From Octopus sinensis (Eukaryota), in NCBI RefSeq assembly GCF_006345805.1, contig NC_043011.1:44156464-44220463 (forward strand): DNA of 64,000 nucleotides, read 5' to 3'. Positions 63,983 to 64,000 of the stretch are shown one piece after another (positions within the stretch are counted from its first letter, which is position 1; each line of letters starts with the position of its first letter). The translations under genes and the position numbers were made by a program. Below the pieces are notes generated by a model. The model had not been told where the DNA came from and made no database searches. It saw nothing but the letters and a program-made list of their open reading frames with translations.

Positions 63983-64000
63983 CAAAAATTCCACTGATAC

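Overview
AT-rich eukaryotic (animal) genomic DNA packed with microsatellites, tRNA-derived SINEs and LINE/transposon fragments; the repeat landscape looks like an octopus (coleoid cephalopod) genome, which is an inference and not a database match. The whole window appears to lie inside one + strand gene, a divergent class V myosin. Twelve exons (901-30000) splice in frame with GT-AG sites. They encode the end of the motor domain ([31 protein letters not shown]), six IQ motifs with 23-25-23-25-23 spacing, and the coiled-coil stalk. A 13th exon (49068-49663) ends in a Myo5-like DLHQQLEHQ segment but carries a long Asp/Thr/His/Asn low-complexity insert. The 5' motor exons are not in the window and no globular-tail (DIL) exon was identified. 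Main second-look signals: (1) seven minimal type-I hammerhead-ribozyme-like motifs of the Penelope-retroelement kind, three with the compensatory U3-A8 core, mostly antisense to the host gene and mostly next to long foldback repeats; (2) the remodelled myosin V tail with candidate cassette micro-exons; (3) a pre-miRNA-like hairpin at 58352-58470; (4) a seven-unit tandem SINE array; (5) many long inverted repeats that could form intronic dsRNA. Exons, ribozymes and hairpins were read base by base; boundaries of interspersed repeats are approximate.
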